NCBI RefSeq assembly: GCF_000354175.2 | Contig: NC_022349.1 | Span: forward strand, 390,001-422,000 | Source of the DNA: Vibrio alginolyticus NBRC 15630 = ATCC 17749 | GTDB lineage: Bacteria; Pseudomonadota; Gammaproteobacteria; Enterobacterales; Vibrionaceae | Length of the DNA: 32,000 nt | Direction of reading: 5' to 3' | Shown: one piece after another, positions 18,755 to 27,799 of the stretch | How the letters are laid out: the number at the start of each line of letters is the position of its first letter | Numbering within the stretch: position 1 is the stretch's first letter | Translations under genes and position numbers: made by a program | The notes under the pieces: model-generated | The model's database searches: none | What the model was told of the DNA's origin: nothing | Seen by the model: only the letters and a program-made list of their open reading frames with translations

Positions 18755-19603
18755 ATGGCATTACCAAACTATGCATCAAAAGTAGAGCGAGTCGCGTACG
18801 CAGGTTACTTAGTTTTTTGTGGGTTGGTGCTGTTCTTTTTAATCGCTCCAATTCTGACCATCATCCCGTTATCGTTTAATGCAACGCCTTACTTTACTTT
18901 TACCGAGGGGATGTTAAACCTTGACTCGGCAGCGTATTCTACTCGCTGGTATCAAGAAATGTTTACTAGTGAACAGTGGCTGTTGGCGCTGAAAAACAGC
19001 ACGTTCATTGCTTTTATGGCGACACTCGTTGCAACAGGGCTAGGAACTCTGGCGGCGTTGGGTTTAGCCAGTAGTAATTTGCCTTTTCGCAATACGATTA
19101 TGGCGCTGTTGATCTCACCCATGATCGTACCAGTCATTATCTCTGCTGCTGCGATGTACTTTTTCTACACACGCTTTGGCTTATCACAAACTTATTTAGG
19201 CATCATTTTGGCACACGCTGCGTTAGGTACGCCTTTTGTCGTCATTACCGTTACTGCGACGTTAAGCGGCTTTGACCATAGCTTGGTAAAAGCGGCGGCT
19301 AGCTTAGGCGCAAACCCTGTTTATACTTTCAGACACATTACCTTTCCGCTGATTCGTCCGGGGATGATATCTGGCGGCTTGTTTGCTTTTGGCACCTCGT
19401 TCGACGAGGTTGTGGTGGCGTTATTCCTGACTGGGGCAGAACAAAAAACCGTTCCGAGGCAGATGTGGTCAGGAATTCGAGAGCAAATTAGTCCGACCAT
19501 ATTGGCGGTCGCTACGTTGTTGATTTTTATGTCGGTGTGTTTGCTCGTGACATTAGAAGTTTTGCGTAGACGTAATGTACGCATTCGAGGCATTCAAGAG
19601 TAA
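18755..19603 (+). CDS. ABC transporter permease (PotC-like)
   Basis: 282-aa, six-TM-type permease with SD GGGGGA, 2 nt after the previous stop. Confidence 0.9.
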   Translation: MALPNYASKVERVAYAGYLVFCGLVLFFLIAPILTIIPLSFNATPYFTFTEGMLNLDSAAYSTRWYQEMFTSEQWLLALKNSTFIAFMATLVATGLGTLAALGLASSNLPFRNTIMALLISPMIVPVIISAAAMYFFYTRFGLSQTYLGIILAHAALGTPFVVITVTATLSGFDHSLVKAAASLGANPVYTFRHITFPLIRPGMISGGLFAFGTSFDEVVVALFLTGAEQKTVPRQMWSGIREQISPTILAVATLLIFMSVCLLVTLEVLRRRNVRIRGIQE

Positions 19604-19668
19604 CCAAACTTTTTCTTTGTTGGTCACTTTGCACTTTTGTTTAGGGGCACCTCAATTTTTGACCAAAT

Positions 19669-19697
19669 GCGCCTCATTGTAGGCGCTTGTCTTTTTT
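19669..19697 (+). terminator. Rho-independent terminator of the hydroxyproline/ABC operon
   Basis: GCGCCT-cattgt-AGGCGC followed by TTGTCTTTTTT. Confidence 0.7.
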
Positions 19698-19723
19698 GTG
19701 TATCTTCAGCGATGACTGACATA

Positions 19724-20158
19724 TCACTCTGGTAGCTTAATGCCAGCTTGCTCGAAACGTGCCAAAGGCGACTTGTTTGATTGCTGATACCAACTAGCTG
19801 GCATGTTTGATTTAAGTCGCGCTTTTTCTTCCTTGCTAATCACAACATAATGCAAAAACGTATCAAGTGTGGTTCCCATCACGTCAAATGTCATTTCCCC
19901 ATCTTTGCTGATGGCTTTCAATAACCCAACCACGGCTTCCTCAGGGACTAACGGTTCAACCACCGCCTTTTTTCGCTCTTTTATTGATGTTGAAGCGGGC
20001 AGTCTTGCACGTGCCGTCTCCCAACAAACTTTGTTGGTTTTACTGACAAGGTTGTGCTTGTAGCAGTAGTAACTGAATAAAAAGCGTGGCAGGTTTTGCC
20101 AGCGTTCGGCTTGGACTTCTAACCAAAGATGTTGTAGCTCAATATCAGCGTCGGTCAT
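19724..20158 (-). CDS. Hypothetical protein (144 aa), divergent from the collagenase gene
   Basis: Intact ORF with protein-like composition in an otherwise non-coding gap. No recognisable SD and no family recognised. Confidence 0.5.
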   Translation of the reverse strand: MTDADIELQHLWLEVQAERWQNLPRFLFSYYCYKHNLVSKTNKVCWETARARLPASTSIKERKKAVVEPLVPEEAVVGLLKAISKDGEMTFDVMGTTLDTFLHYVVISKEEKARLKSNMPASWYQQSNKSPLARFEQAGIKLPE

Positions 20159-20334
20159 AGGAGTTGTTTAGCAAAAAGAAAAGAAACCATTTTATCGCTT
20201 TTGTGAGGAGCAATAAAAGATATTTGAATGGAAAGATAAACAACTAGTTGATCAATATTACTAAAGCAAATCGATTTCTGGCAAGCTCGTGCAACGGCAA
20301 CTCGAGTACCAAAAACTGACACCGTCACGTTCAG

Positions 20335-20344
20335 TTGTTAACAA
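20335..20344. promoter_or_regulatory. Weak operator-like palindrome TTGTTAACAA upstream of the collagenase gene
   Basis: Perfect 10-bp dyad sharing the TTGT/ACAA half-sites of the locus motif, but with central TA instead of AT. It lies 117 nt upstream of the ATG and overlaps the inverted repeat AACTGA-N11-TCAGTT (20314-20336). Confidence 0.25.
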
Positions 20345-20460
20345 AATGTTTCATCTTGTCTTGCGAGTAGATTATATGGAGATGCTCTTGCAGTAATAAG
20401 GGCAGTGGCGATGCAAAAGACGTAATGCATTTAAGGAAAACTCAATATAGAAGAAATTAG

Positions 20461-22905
20461 ATGGAACTGAAGACTTTGAGTGTCGCGATTGCGACAACAT
20501 TAACCAGCACTGGCGTATTTGCGTTAAGCGAGCCAGTTTCTCAAGTTACAGAGCAACATGCACATTCGGCTCATACACACGGTGTTGAATCCAATCGAGT
20601 TGAATACCAACCAACCGCAACTCTCCCTATTCAGCCCTCCAAGGCAACTCGAGTACAGTCACTTGAAAGCCTTGATGAGTCGAGCACTGCTTGTGATTTG
20701 GAAGCATTGGTTACCGAAAGCAGTAACCAATTGATCAGCGAAATTTTAAGTCAGGGCGCGACGTGCGTGAACCAGTTATTCTCTGCTGAAAGTCGGATTC
20801 AGGAGTCGGTATTTAGCTCCGATCATATGTACAACATTGCGAAGCGCACTACGACATTGGCGAAGGGGTATACAGGTGGCGGGAGCGATGAACTCGAAAC
20901 GTTTTTCTTATACTTGCGCGCGGGTTATTACGCCGAGTTTTACAATGACAACATCTCATTTATTGAATGGGTTACCCCAGCGGTGAAAGAATCCGTGGAT
21001 GCGTTTGTTAATAACGCAAACTTCTATGAGAACAGCGACCGTCACGGCAAAGTGCTTAGTGAAGTCATCATCACTATGGATAGTGCGGGCTTGCAGCACG
21101 CGTACTTACCGCAAGTGACCCAGTGGCTTACACGTTGGAATGATCAATACGCCCAGCACTGGTATATGCGCAATGCAGTTAACGGTGTTTTCACTATTTT
21201 GTTTGGTGGGCAGTGGAACGAGCAATTTGTGCAAATAATTGGCAACCAAACGGACCTTGCCAAAGCTTTAGGCGATTTTGCTCTGAGGGCATCATCAATC
21301 GGTGCTGAAGATGAGTTCATGGCCGCGAATGCGGGGCGAGAGCTCGGGCGTTTGACCAAGTATACGGGTAACGCGAGTTCTGTTGTGAAGAGTCAGCTGA
21401 GTCGAATCTTTGAACAGTATGAAATGTATGGTCGGGGTGACGCGGTTTGGCTTGCGGCGGCGGACACTGCCTCATATTACGCAGATTGTAGTGAGTTCGG
21501 AATTTGTAATTTCGAAACTGAGCTAAAAGGCTTAGTGCTATCGCAAACTTATACTTGTAGTCCAACAATTCGAATATTGTCCCAGAATATGACGCAAGAG
21601 CAACACGCGGCCGCATGTTCTAAAATGGGTTACGAAGAGGGTTACTTTCATCAGTCATTAGAAACTGGTGAACAGCCAGTAAAAGATGACCACAATACTC
21701 AGCTCCAAGTCAATATCTTCGATTCAAGCACCGATTATGGTAAGTACGCAGGGCCAATTTTCGATATTAGTACTGACAATGGCGGTATGTACTTGGAAGG
21801 CGATCCTTCCCAGCCGGGGAATATTCCCAACTTTATTGCTTATGAAGCCTCTTATGCGAACGCGGATCACTTTGTCTGGAACTTAGAGCACGAATACGTG
21901 CATTACTTAGATGGTCGATTTGATCTCTATGGAGGGTTTAGTCATCCAACTGAAAAAATAGTGTGGTGGAGTGAAGGCATTGCAGAGTATGTCGCTCAAG
22001 AAAATGACAACCAAGCAGCACTTGAGACGATTTTAGACGGCTCGACATATACCTTAAGTGAGATTTTCGAGACTACTTATGATGGGTTTGATGTCGATCG
22101 AATTTATCGTTGGGGGTACTTAGCTGTACGTTTTATGTTTGAAAATCATAAAGATGACGTAAACCAAATGCTGGTGGAAACACGCCAAGGGAATTGGAGC
22201 AATTACAAAGCAACGATCACCCAATGGGCGAATTTATATCAAAGTGAGTTTGAGCAGTGGCAGCAAGCCCTTGTCTCAAATGGTGCACCTAATGCAGTCA
22301 TAACCGCAAACAACAAGGGGAAAGTCGGTGAAAGCATTACATTTAGCAGTGAAAACAGTACAGACCCAAACGGGAAGATCGTCAGCGTCTTATGGGACTT
22401 CGGTGATGGCTCGACAAGTACACAAACCAAGCCGACGCACCAATATGGGAGTGAAGGGGAGTATTCGGTCAGTCTAAGTGTGACAGACAGTGAAGGCTTG
22501 ACGGCAACCGCCACTCATAGTGTTGTTATCTCAACGTTGGGCGGTAATGACACATTGCCACAAGACTGCGCGGTGCAAAGTAAAGTAAGCGGTGGGCGCC
22601 TAACAGCAGGAGAGCCTGTTTGCTTGGCAAATCAACAAACCATTTGGCTGAGCGTGCCAGCGGTGAATGAGAGCTCAAATCTGGCGATAACGACGGGGAA
22701 CGGTATGGGCAACCTAAAGCTTGAATACAGTAACTCTGGTTGGCCGGATGGTGCTAATCTTCACGGGTGGTCAGATAATATTGGTAATGGAGAGTGTATT
22801 ACGTTGTCAAATCAGAGTAACTACTGGGGCTACGTTAAAGTCTCTGGTGACTTTGAGAATGCCGCCATCGTCGTTGATTTTGATGCTCAGAAGTGTCGTC
22901 AGTAG
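20461..22905 (+). CDS. Secreted microbial collagenase, peptidase family M9A (Vibrio type), with PKD and prepeptidase C-terminal (PPC) domains
   Basis: Signal peptide ...TSTGVFA. Zinc site HEYVH plus downstream WWSEGIAEY. PKD repeat (VLWDFGDGSTSTQTKPTHQYGSEGEYSVSLSVTDSEGL). C-terminal PPC-like beta domain. 814 aa, the length I recall for the V. alginolyticus collagenase. Confidence 0.95.
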   Translation: MELKTLSVAIATTLTSTGVFALSEPVSQVTEQHAHSAHTHGVESNRVEYQPTATLPIQPSKATRVQSLESLDESSTACDLEALVTESSNQLISEILSQGATCVNQLFSAESRIQESVFSSDHMYNIAKRTTTLAKGYTGGGSDELETFFLYLRAGYYAEFYNDNISFIEWVTPAVKESVDAFVNNANFYENSDRHGKVLSEVIITMDSAGLQHAYLPQVTQWLTRWNDQYAQHWYMRNAVNGVFTILFGGQWNEQFVQIIGNQTDLAKALGDFALRASSIGAEDEFMAANAGRELGRLTKYTGNASSVVKSQLSRIFEQYEMYGRGDAVWLAAADTASYYADCSEFGICNFETELKGLVLSQTYTCSPTIRILSQNMTQEQHAAACSKMGYEEGYFHQSLETGEQPVKDDHNTQLQVNIFDSSTDYGKYAGPIFDISTDNGGMYLEGDPSQPGNIPNFIAYEASYANADHFVWNLEHEYVHYLDGRFDLYGGFSHPTEKIVWWSEGIAEYVAQENDNQAALETILDGSTYTLSEIFETTYDGFDVDRIYRWGYLAVRFMFENHKDDVNQMLVETRQGNWSNYKATITQWANLYQSEFEQWQQALVSNGAPNAVITANNKGKVGESITFSSENSTDPNGKIVSVLWDFGDGSTSTQTKPTHQYGSEGEYSVSLSVTDSEGLTATATHSVVISTLGGNDTLPQDCAVQSKVSGGRLTAGEPVCLANQQTIWLSVPAVNESSNLAITTGNGMGNLKLEYSNSGWPDGANLHGWSDNIGNGECITLSNQSNYWGYVKVSGDFENAAIVVDFDAQKCRQ

Positions 22906-22939
22906 GGCATTTTAACTGCATCATTTTAATTTAATTGAT

Positions 22940-22973
22940 CGCCTCGCTAACATTGCGGGGCGTTTTTGTTTTT
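22940..22973 (+). terminator. Rho-independent terminator of the collagenase gene
   Basis: CGCCTCGC-taacatt-GCGGGGCG (8 bp, one G-U pair) followed by TTTTTGTTTTT. Confidence 0.75.
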
Positions 22974-22990
22974 CACGCCGTTATCTCTAT

Positions 22991-23013
22991 AAAAAAACCA
23001 GCCCGAAGGCTGG
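22991..23013 (-). terminator. Rho-independent terminator of the opp/aminopeptidase operon
   Basis: The minus strand reads CCAGCC-TTCG-GGCTGG followed by TTTTTTT. Confidence 0.7.
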
Positions 23014-23065
23014 CAAACAAGGAGTTTGAGATGAAAATGAAAACGTTATAAAGCTTGCTGATATC

Positions 23066-24862
23066 CTATTTCTCAATAAGTTGGGTTGTGCGTTGAAGCC
23101 AGTTTTTATCTTGCGTATCAAGAAAAGGGCTAAGTGCTTGATAGACTCGTGAATGGTAATGATTGAGCCAGTCTAGCTCTGCTTGATCTAGCATTGATAA
23201 ATCAAGGGCGTTGGTCGCAATTGGAGCAAGAGTGATGGTCTCAAAACCGTAAAACGTGCCGAACTCATTTTGTTCTACTTCTACAACTTTAAGAATGTTC
23301 TCTATTCTTACCCCGTACTCACCTTCGCGATAAACGCCTGGTTCATTAGTAATGACCATACCCGGTTTTAGCTCAACCTCATGGTGGCTTTGCGAGAAAT
23401 TTTGTGGGCCTTCGTGAACATTCAAGCAAATGCCCACGCCGTGTCCAGTGCCGCACTTGTAATCAATACCATGTTGCCATAAGACGCCACGCGCCATGAT
23501 ATCAAGATTGGCACCCGTAGAGCCTTTCATGAATCGAGTCTGAGTCAGTCGGATGACCGCTTTGAGCACCAAGGTATAATCTTTGCGCTGCTTAATGGTC
23601 GGTGACCCGAAGTGGAAAGTACGGGTGATGTCTGTTGTCCCGCCAAGGTATTGGCCACCAGAATCGACGAGAAAGAAGTTGCTTTCATTGACTGCCGCAT
23701 TGCTTTCTTCATCGGCGGCATAATGCATTTTTGCCCCGTGAGCTGCGAAGCCTGCGATAGTGCGGAAACTGTCACTCACATAATGTCGGGTTTGACGGCG
23801 ATAGTGATTCAGTTGTGCCTCAGCAGACAATTCTGTAACGAGTCCGCTTGGAACTTGCTCTTCGAGCCAGTTCATAAACCTTACGATTGCCACACCATCA
23901 TCTGTTAATGCCTGTTCTAGGCTAGTTAGCTCGGTCGCATTTTTTATGGCCTTCATTGCCGTTACAGGGCAAGCCATTGGCTTTAGATTCACATTCCCTT
24001 CAATCGAACTCACCAATAAGCTGTCTGTGTGGGTCGGGTTAAAAGCGAGCGATAATCCCTCACATTGCTGATTCAAATACTGACTTACGTAGTTGTAATG
24101 GCGAATGTGTACACTCTGCTCGGTCAGCGCTCTTTCAACGTCTTGAGGCAGTTTGGCTTTATCAATAAACAGTGTCGCAAGTGATTGCTCTACGACTAGA
24201 TAGGCTTCAGAAACTGGGCAGTAATTCGTATCACCACCTCGAATATTCATTGTCCACATGACATCATCTAGCGTTGACACTAATAAGCTATCTACTTGGT
24301 TCTCGGTTAACCAAGAACGGATTCTCGCTAACTTATTTTCAGTGTCAACGCCAGCAAAAGCGGTGGGGTGCTCGAATACGGGTGCACTTGGGCGAGGTGG
24401 TCTTTCAAGCCAAATCGGTGTGAGTAAATCCAGGTCGACAATGATCTTAATGTTTTTCGCTTCAAAGGTTTGTTTGAGGCCTTGATAAAAAGCGTAACTG
24501 ATGGCGCGCCCGTCAACCGCGATAATACTGTTTTCTGGTAGCGTGGTAGCCAGCCATTTGGCAACTGTCGGCGTTTCTGGTTGTTTGGCTTTAAACAGTT
24601 CAAGTCCTGTGCCGTGTAACTGTTCTTCAGCTTGAATATAGTAACGACCATCAGTCCACAGGCCACCACCTTGTTGGGTAATGACGACATCGCCTGCTGA
24701 GCCGGTAAAACCTGAAATCCAGCTTCGCGCTAACCAATGATCCGCTGAGTATTCACTGTTATGTGGGTCATTGTTGGTCACGATATATGCAGACACGTTG
24801 TGAAAGGACATTGCCTCACGCAATAACGTAAGGCGTTGGTTTACTGAGTTAGTATTGTTCAT
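23066..24862 (-). CDS. M24B Xaa-Pro aminopeptidase (long, ~598-aa aminopeptidase P-type with creatinase-like N-domains)
   Basis: Pita-bread metal ligands: DSGGQY..GTTDITRT, GHGVG..VHEGP, ITNEPGVY and VRIENI. The start is placed at ATG 24862, where TAATG overlaps the oppF stop. The longer track ORF (to 24982) would run antisense-free but overlapping oppF. Confidence 0.9.
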   Translation of the reverse strand: MNNTNSVNQRLTLLREAMSFHNVSAYIVTNNDPHNSEYSADHWLARSWISGFTGSAGDVVITQQGGGLWTDGRYYIQAEEQLHGTGLELFKAKQPETPTVAKWLATTLPENSIIAVDGRAISYAFYQGLKQTFEAKNIKIIVDLDLLTPIWLERPPRPSAPVFEHPTAFAGVDTENKLARIRSWLTENQVDSLLVSTLDDVMWTMNIRGGDTNYCPVSEAYLVVEQSLATLFIDKAKLPQDVERALTEQSVHIRHYNYVSQYLNQQCEGLSLAFNPTHTDSLLVSSIEGNVNLKPMACPVTAMKAIKNATELTSLEQALTDDGVAIVRFMNWLEEQVPSGLVTELSAEAQLNHYRRQTRHYVSDSFRTIAGFAAHGAKMHYAADEESNAAVNESNFFLVDSGGQYLGGTTDITRTFHFGSPTIKQRKDYTLVLKAVIRLTQTRFMKGSTGANLDIMARGVLWQHGIDYKCGTGHGVGICLNVHEGPQNFSQSHHEVELKPGMVITNEPGVYREGEYGVRIENILKVVEVEQNEFGTFYGFETITLAPIATNALDLSMLDQAELDWLNHYHSRVYQALSPFLDTQDKNWLQRTTQLIEK

Positions 24863-25854
24863 TAAATGGTTCCTAAAGTCATATTTGAGCAATAGATATG
24901 ATGCTGCTCCGAGCCTGTTTTTATTGGGTTCTGTTGCCCGCATACTTCTGTTGCTTCTGGGCATCGAGTACGAAAAACGCAACCGCTCGGTGGGTTAAGT
25001 GGAGAAGGAAGATCGCCGGGCAATAGTTGTATTTCACGGTCACGTGCTAATTGCGGATTAGCTATCGGGACAGCAGATAACAGTGCTTTGGTGTAGGGGT
25101 GTTGAGCATCATCAAATACTTGATCGTAACGTCCTACTTCCATAGGTTTACCAAGATACATCACCATAACGCGGTCGCTGATATGGCGCACCACGCTTAA
25201 GTCATGCGCAATCATCACCAGTGTTAACCCCATTTCTTGTTTAAGATCATCTAGAAGATTGATGACCTGAGCTTGTATGGAGACATCTAGTGCACTAACG
25301 GGTTCATCACACACGACCAAATCTGGATTGAGAATTAATGCTCTGGCAATGCCCACACGCTGGCATTGACCTCCGGAAAATTCATGTGGATAGCGGTTTC
25401 GCTGGCTCGCCAAGAGACCCACTTTATCCATCATAGCGATGACACGCTTTTCTACCTCTGCCCGTTTAAGCTTTGGCTCGTGGGTGAGCAGTGGTTCGGC
25501 GATGCATTCTGAGATGGTTAACCTCGGATTCAAACAAGCGGATGGGTCTTGAAACACCATCTGAAATTCTCTGCGTCGAGAGGAAAGCTCTTTTTTACTA
25601 AACCCGAGCATGTCTTGACCTTTCCAAGTCAACTCGCCATGTGTAGGTTCAATTAAGCGAAGTAAGGCGCGAGCAAGTGTTGATTTTCCGCAGCCTGATT
25701 CCCCCACAATGCCAAGTGTCTCACCTCGGTAAACATCTAAGTCGATACCATTGACCGCTTTCACGATTTTACGTCGACTTGGAATAAGATGACGTGAAAC
25801 AGGAAAGTGGACGTTTAAATCACGAGCAGACATGAGGACTTCTTTTTTATTCAT
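24862..25854 (-). CDS. oppF: Oligopeptide ABC transporter ATP-binding protein OppF
   Basis: Walker A GESGCGKST, signature FSGGQCQRVGIARAL, Walker B LVVCDEPVSALD, and the oligopeptide-type C-terminal extension. SD AAGGAGG. Confidence 0.9.
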   Translation of the reverse strand: MNKKEVLMSARDLNVHFPVSRHLIPSRRKIVKAVNGIDLDVYRGETLGIVGESGCGKSTLARALLRLIEPTHGELTWKGQDMLGFSKKELSSRRREFQMVFQDPSACLNPRLTISECIAEPLLTHEPKLKRAEVEKRVIAMMDKVGLLASQRNRYPHEFSGGQCQRVGIARALILNPDLVVCDEPVSALDVSIQAQVINLLDDLKQEMGLTLVMIAHDLSVVRHISDRVMVMYLGKPMEVGRYDQVFDDAQHPYTKALLSAVPIANPQLARDREIQLLPGDLPSPLNPPSGCVFRTRCPEATEVCGQQNPIKTGSEQHHIYCSNMTLGTI

Positions 25855-25863
25855 AACGCCTCC

Positions 25864-26847
25864 TTAAGCTTTTATTTGAATGGGAGTGATAACACTGGGT
25901 GCTTTAACGTGACAGGCAATGGACTGGCTCGTGTTTAATGGAGAAAACCGTGGGGTTTCGTATTGGCAACGCGTCTCTCGATGCTCGCACCGCTCTTTAA
26001 ACGGACACCCTTGATGGTTAATCAACGCACTTGGTGGGTTACCTGGGATGGTTGGTAAGCGCGGCATATCTTCAGTGATGGAAGGAATCGCCTTTAGCAG
26101 ACCTTGAGTGTAGGGGTGCGCAGGTTGAGCGAACAATGTCTCGGTATCGGATTGCTCCATTTTTTGACCACCATACATGACCAATACGCGATCACACATC
26201 TCGGCGACGACGCCCATATCGTGAGTGATCAGTAAAATAGCCGTATTGAACTCTTGTTGTAAGTCTCGTAATAGCGTCAAAATTTGAGCTTGAACGGTTA
26301 CATCTAACGCGGTGGTTGGTTCGTCTGCAATTAACAACTCGGGCTTACACAACAAGGCCATCGCTATCATGATTCGCTGACGCATTCCGCCAGATAATTC
26401 GTGAGGGTATTGATTCATCCTAGTTTCGGGAGAGGGAATACGCACCGCATCCAACATGTGAATCGATTCAATTTTTGCTTGTTTTCGGGTCATTCCTTTA
26501 TGAATCATGAGAACTTCACAAAGCTGTTTGCCAATTTTCATAAATGGGTTGAGTGACGTCATCGGATCTTGAAAGATCATTCCGATTTTCTCTGCACGGA
26601 TGCGGTTGAGCTGCTTTTTAGACATCGCGAGTAAATCATCACCGTGGAACATTGCGCTTCCAGACACGGCGCCGTTATCCGCGGTTAACCCCATTAATGC
26701 GAAAACAGACTGGCTTTTTCCCGAACCTGATTCCCCAACAATCCCAAGAGTTTCGCCCGCTTTAATCGAGTAGGAGAGATTACTGACCGCTTGCACTTGC
26801 CCATCTGGCGTATCGAAGCGCACGTTCATGTTTTCAATAGATAGCAT
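25864..26847 (-). CDS. oppD: Oligopeptide ABC transporter ATP-binding protein OppD
   Basis: Walker A GESGSGKSQ, signature LSGGMRQRIMIAMAL, Walker B LLIADEPTTALD. The start is moved to ATG 26847 (AAGGA upstream). The track start at 26928 would overlap oppC by 71 nt. Confidence 0.9.
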   Translation of the reverse strand: MLSIENMNVRFDTPDGQVQAVSNLSYSIKAGETLGIVGESGSGKSQSVFALMGLTADNGAVSGSAMFHGDDLLAMSKKQLNRIRAEKIGMIFQDPMTSLNPFMKIGKQLCEVLMIHKGMTRKQAKIESIHMLDAVRIPSPETRMNQYPHELSGGMRQRIMIAMALLCKPELLIADEPTTALDVTVQAQILTLLRDLQQEFNTAILLITHDMGVVAEMCDRVLVMYGGQKMEQSDTETLFAQPAHPYTQGLLKAIPSITEDMPRLPTIPGNPPSALINHQGCPFKERCEHRETRCQYETPRFSPLNTSQSIACHVKAPSVITPIQIKA

Positions 26848-26857
26848 GGGTTTGTCC

Positions 26858-27790
26858 TTATCGGTCTTTCGGGTCAAGAGCATCACGCAAGCCATCGCCG
26901 ATGAAGTTAAAACAAAAGAGGGTGGCAACTAAAAACAGAGAGGGAAAAAGCAGCATCCACAATGCAACGTCAATCGTTTTTGCGCCTTCGGAAATTAGGA
27001 TTCCCCAGCTCGTGTCTGGTGGTTGAACACCAAGCCCTAAGAAGCTCAAAAACGATTCGAACATAATGAATCCTGGTACCATTAAGGAGGAATAAACCAT
27101 CACGATCCCAAGCACATTAGGCAGAACATGGCGTCGGACAATTGTCAATTTAGAAACCCCAATAGAGTGTGCGGCTTCGATGAACTCTCGCTTTTTTAGA
27201 CCGAAGGTGACACCACGTACAACACGGGCAATGCCCAGCCAAGATACCATTCCGATCACGATAAAAATCAGGTAGATGTTGTTGCCAAAAAGGGTAACAA
27301 ACAGGATAACCATAAACATAAATGGCACCGAATCGAGCACCTCAATAATGCGCATCATTACGCTATCGACAACGCCGCCAAGATAGCCGGAAATACTTCC
27401 CCAAATCGTACCAATAACAACGGCGACTAAGGCGCCAACAAAACCTACCAAAATAGAGAGCCTGCCACCTTGCATCGTGCGAGCGAAGACATCTTGCCCG
27501 AGATCATCGGTACCAAAGTAATGGCCACTGCTCAGTGAAGGTTTCCCTAGCTCGTATGGATCGATGAGCACTTCCCAGTCAATTTCATCATGGCCAAAAG
27601 CGGCAAGAGAGGGGCCGAAAGTGATGCATAAGGTAATGAAAGCCAAAACATACACTGATGTCATCGCGGCTCTGTTTTTACGAAATCGAGTCCATGCATC
27701 CTGCCAAAGACTGCGACCTTCGACGGCTTCAATATTGTCGACGACTTGATCTTGAAGAGCTTGTGTATCCAGTTTTTTGATCGTTAACAT
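26858..27790 (-). CDS. oppC: Oligopeptide ABC transporter permease OppC
   Basis: Near-collinear resemblance to E. coli OppC as recalled (VEGRSLWQDA..., ...CFNFIGDGLRDALDPKDR). Confidence 0.9.
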   Translation of the reverse strand: MLTIKKLDTQALQDQVVDNIEAVEGRSLWQDAWTRFRKNRAAMTSVYVLAFITLCITFGPSLAAFGHDEIDWEVLIDPYELGKPSLSSGHYFGTDDLGQDVFARTMQGGRLSILVGFVGALVAVVIGTIWGSISGYLGGVVDSVMMRIIEVLDSVPFMFMVILFVTLFGNNIYLIFIVIGMVSWLGIARVVRGVTFGLKKREFIEAAHSIGVSKLTIVRRHVLPNVLGIVMVYSSLMVPGFIMFESFLSFLGLGVQPPDTSWGILISEGAKTIDVALWMLLFPSLFLVATLFCFNFIGDGLRDALDPKDR

Positions 27791-27799
27791 ACCGGACTC

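Noticed and set aside
23019-23051. Mini-ORF MKMKTL with a perfect AAGGAG SD on the plus strand, between the two convergent terminators and the aminopeptidase stop
   Set aside because: It has only six codons and nothing lies downstream on that strand for it to regulate. It is most likely a chance occurrence, and no leader-peptide logic is evident.
24863-24982. Upstream 40-codon extension of the M24B aminopeptidase ORF (track start 24982). The same issue applies to the long versions of ORFs at 25864..26928, 8303..9010, 3086..3337, 198..824 and 5156..5596
   Set aside because: The extensions overlap the preceding gene or lack an SD. Internal ATGs with good SD sequences give N-termini typical of each family.
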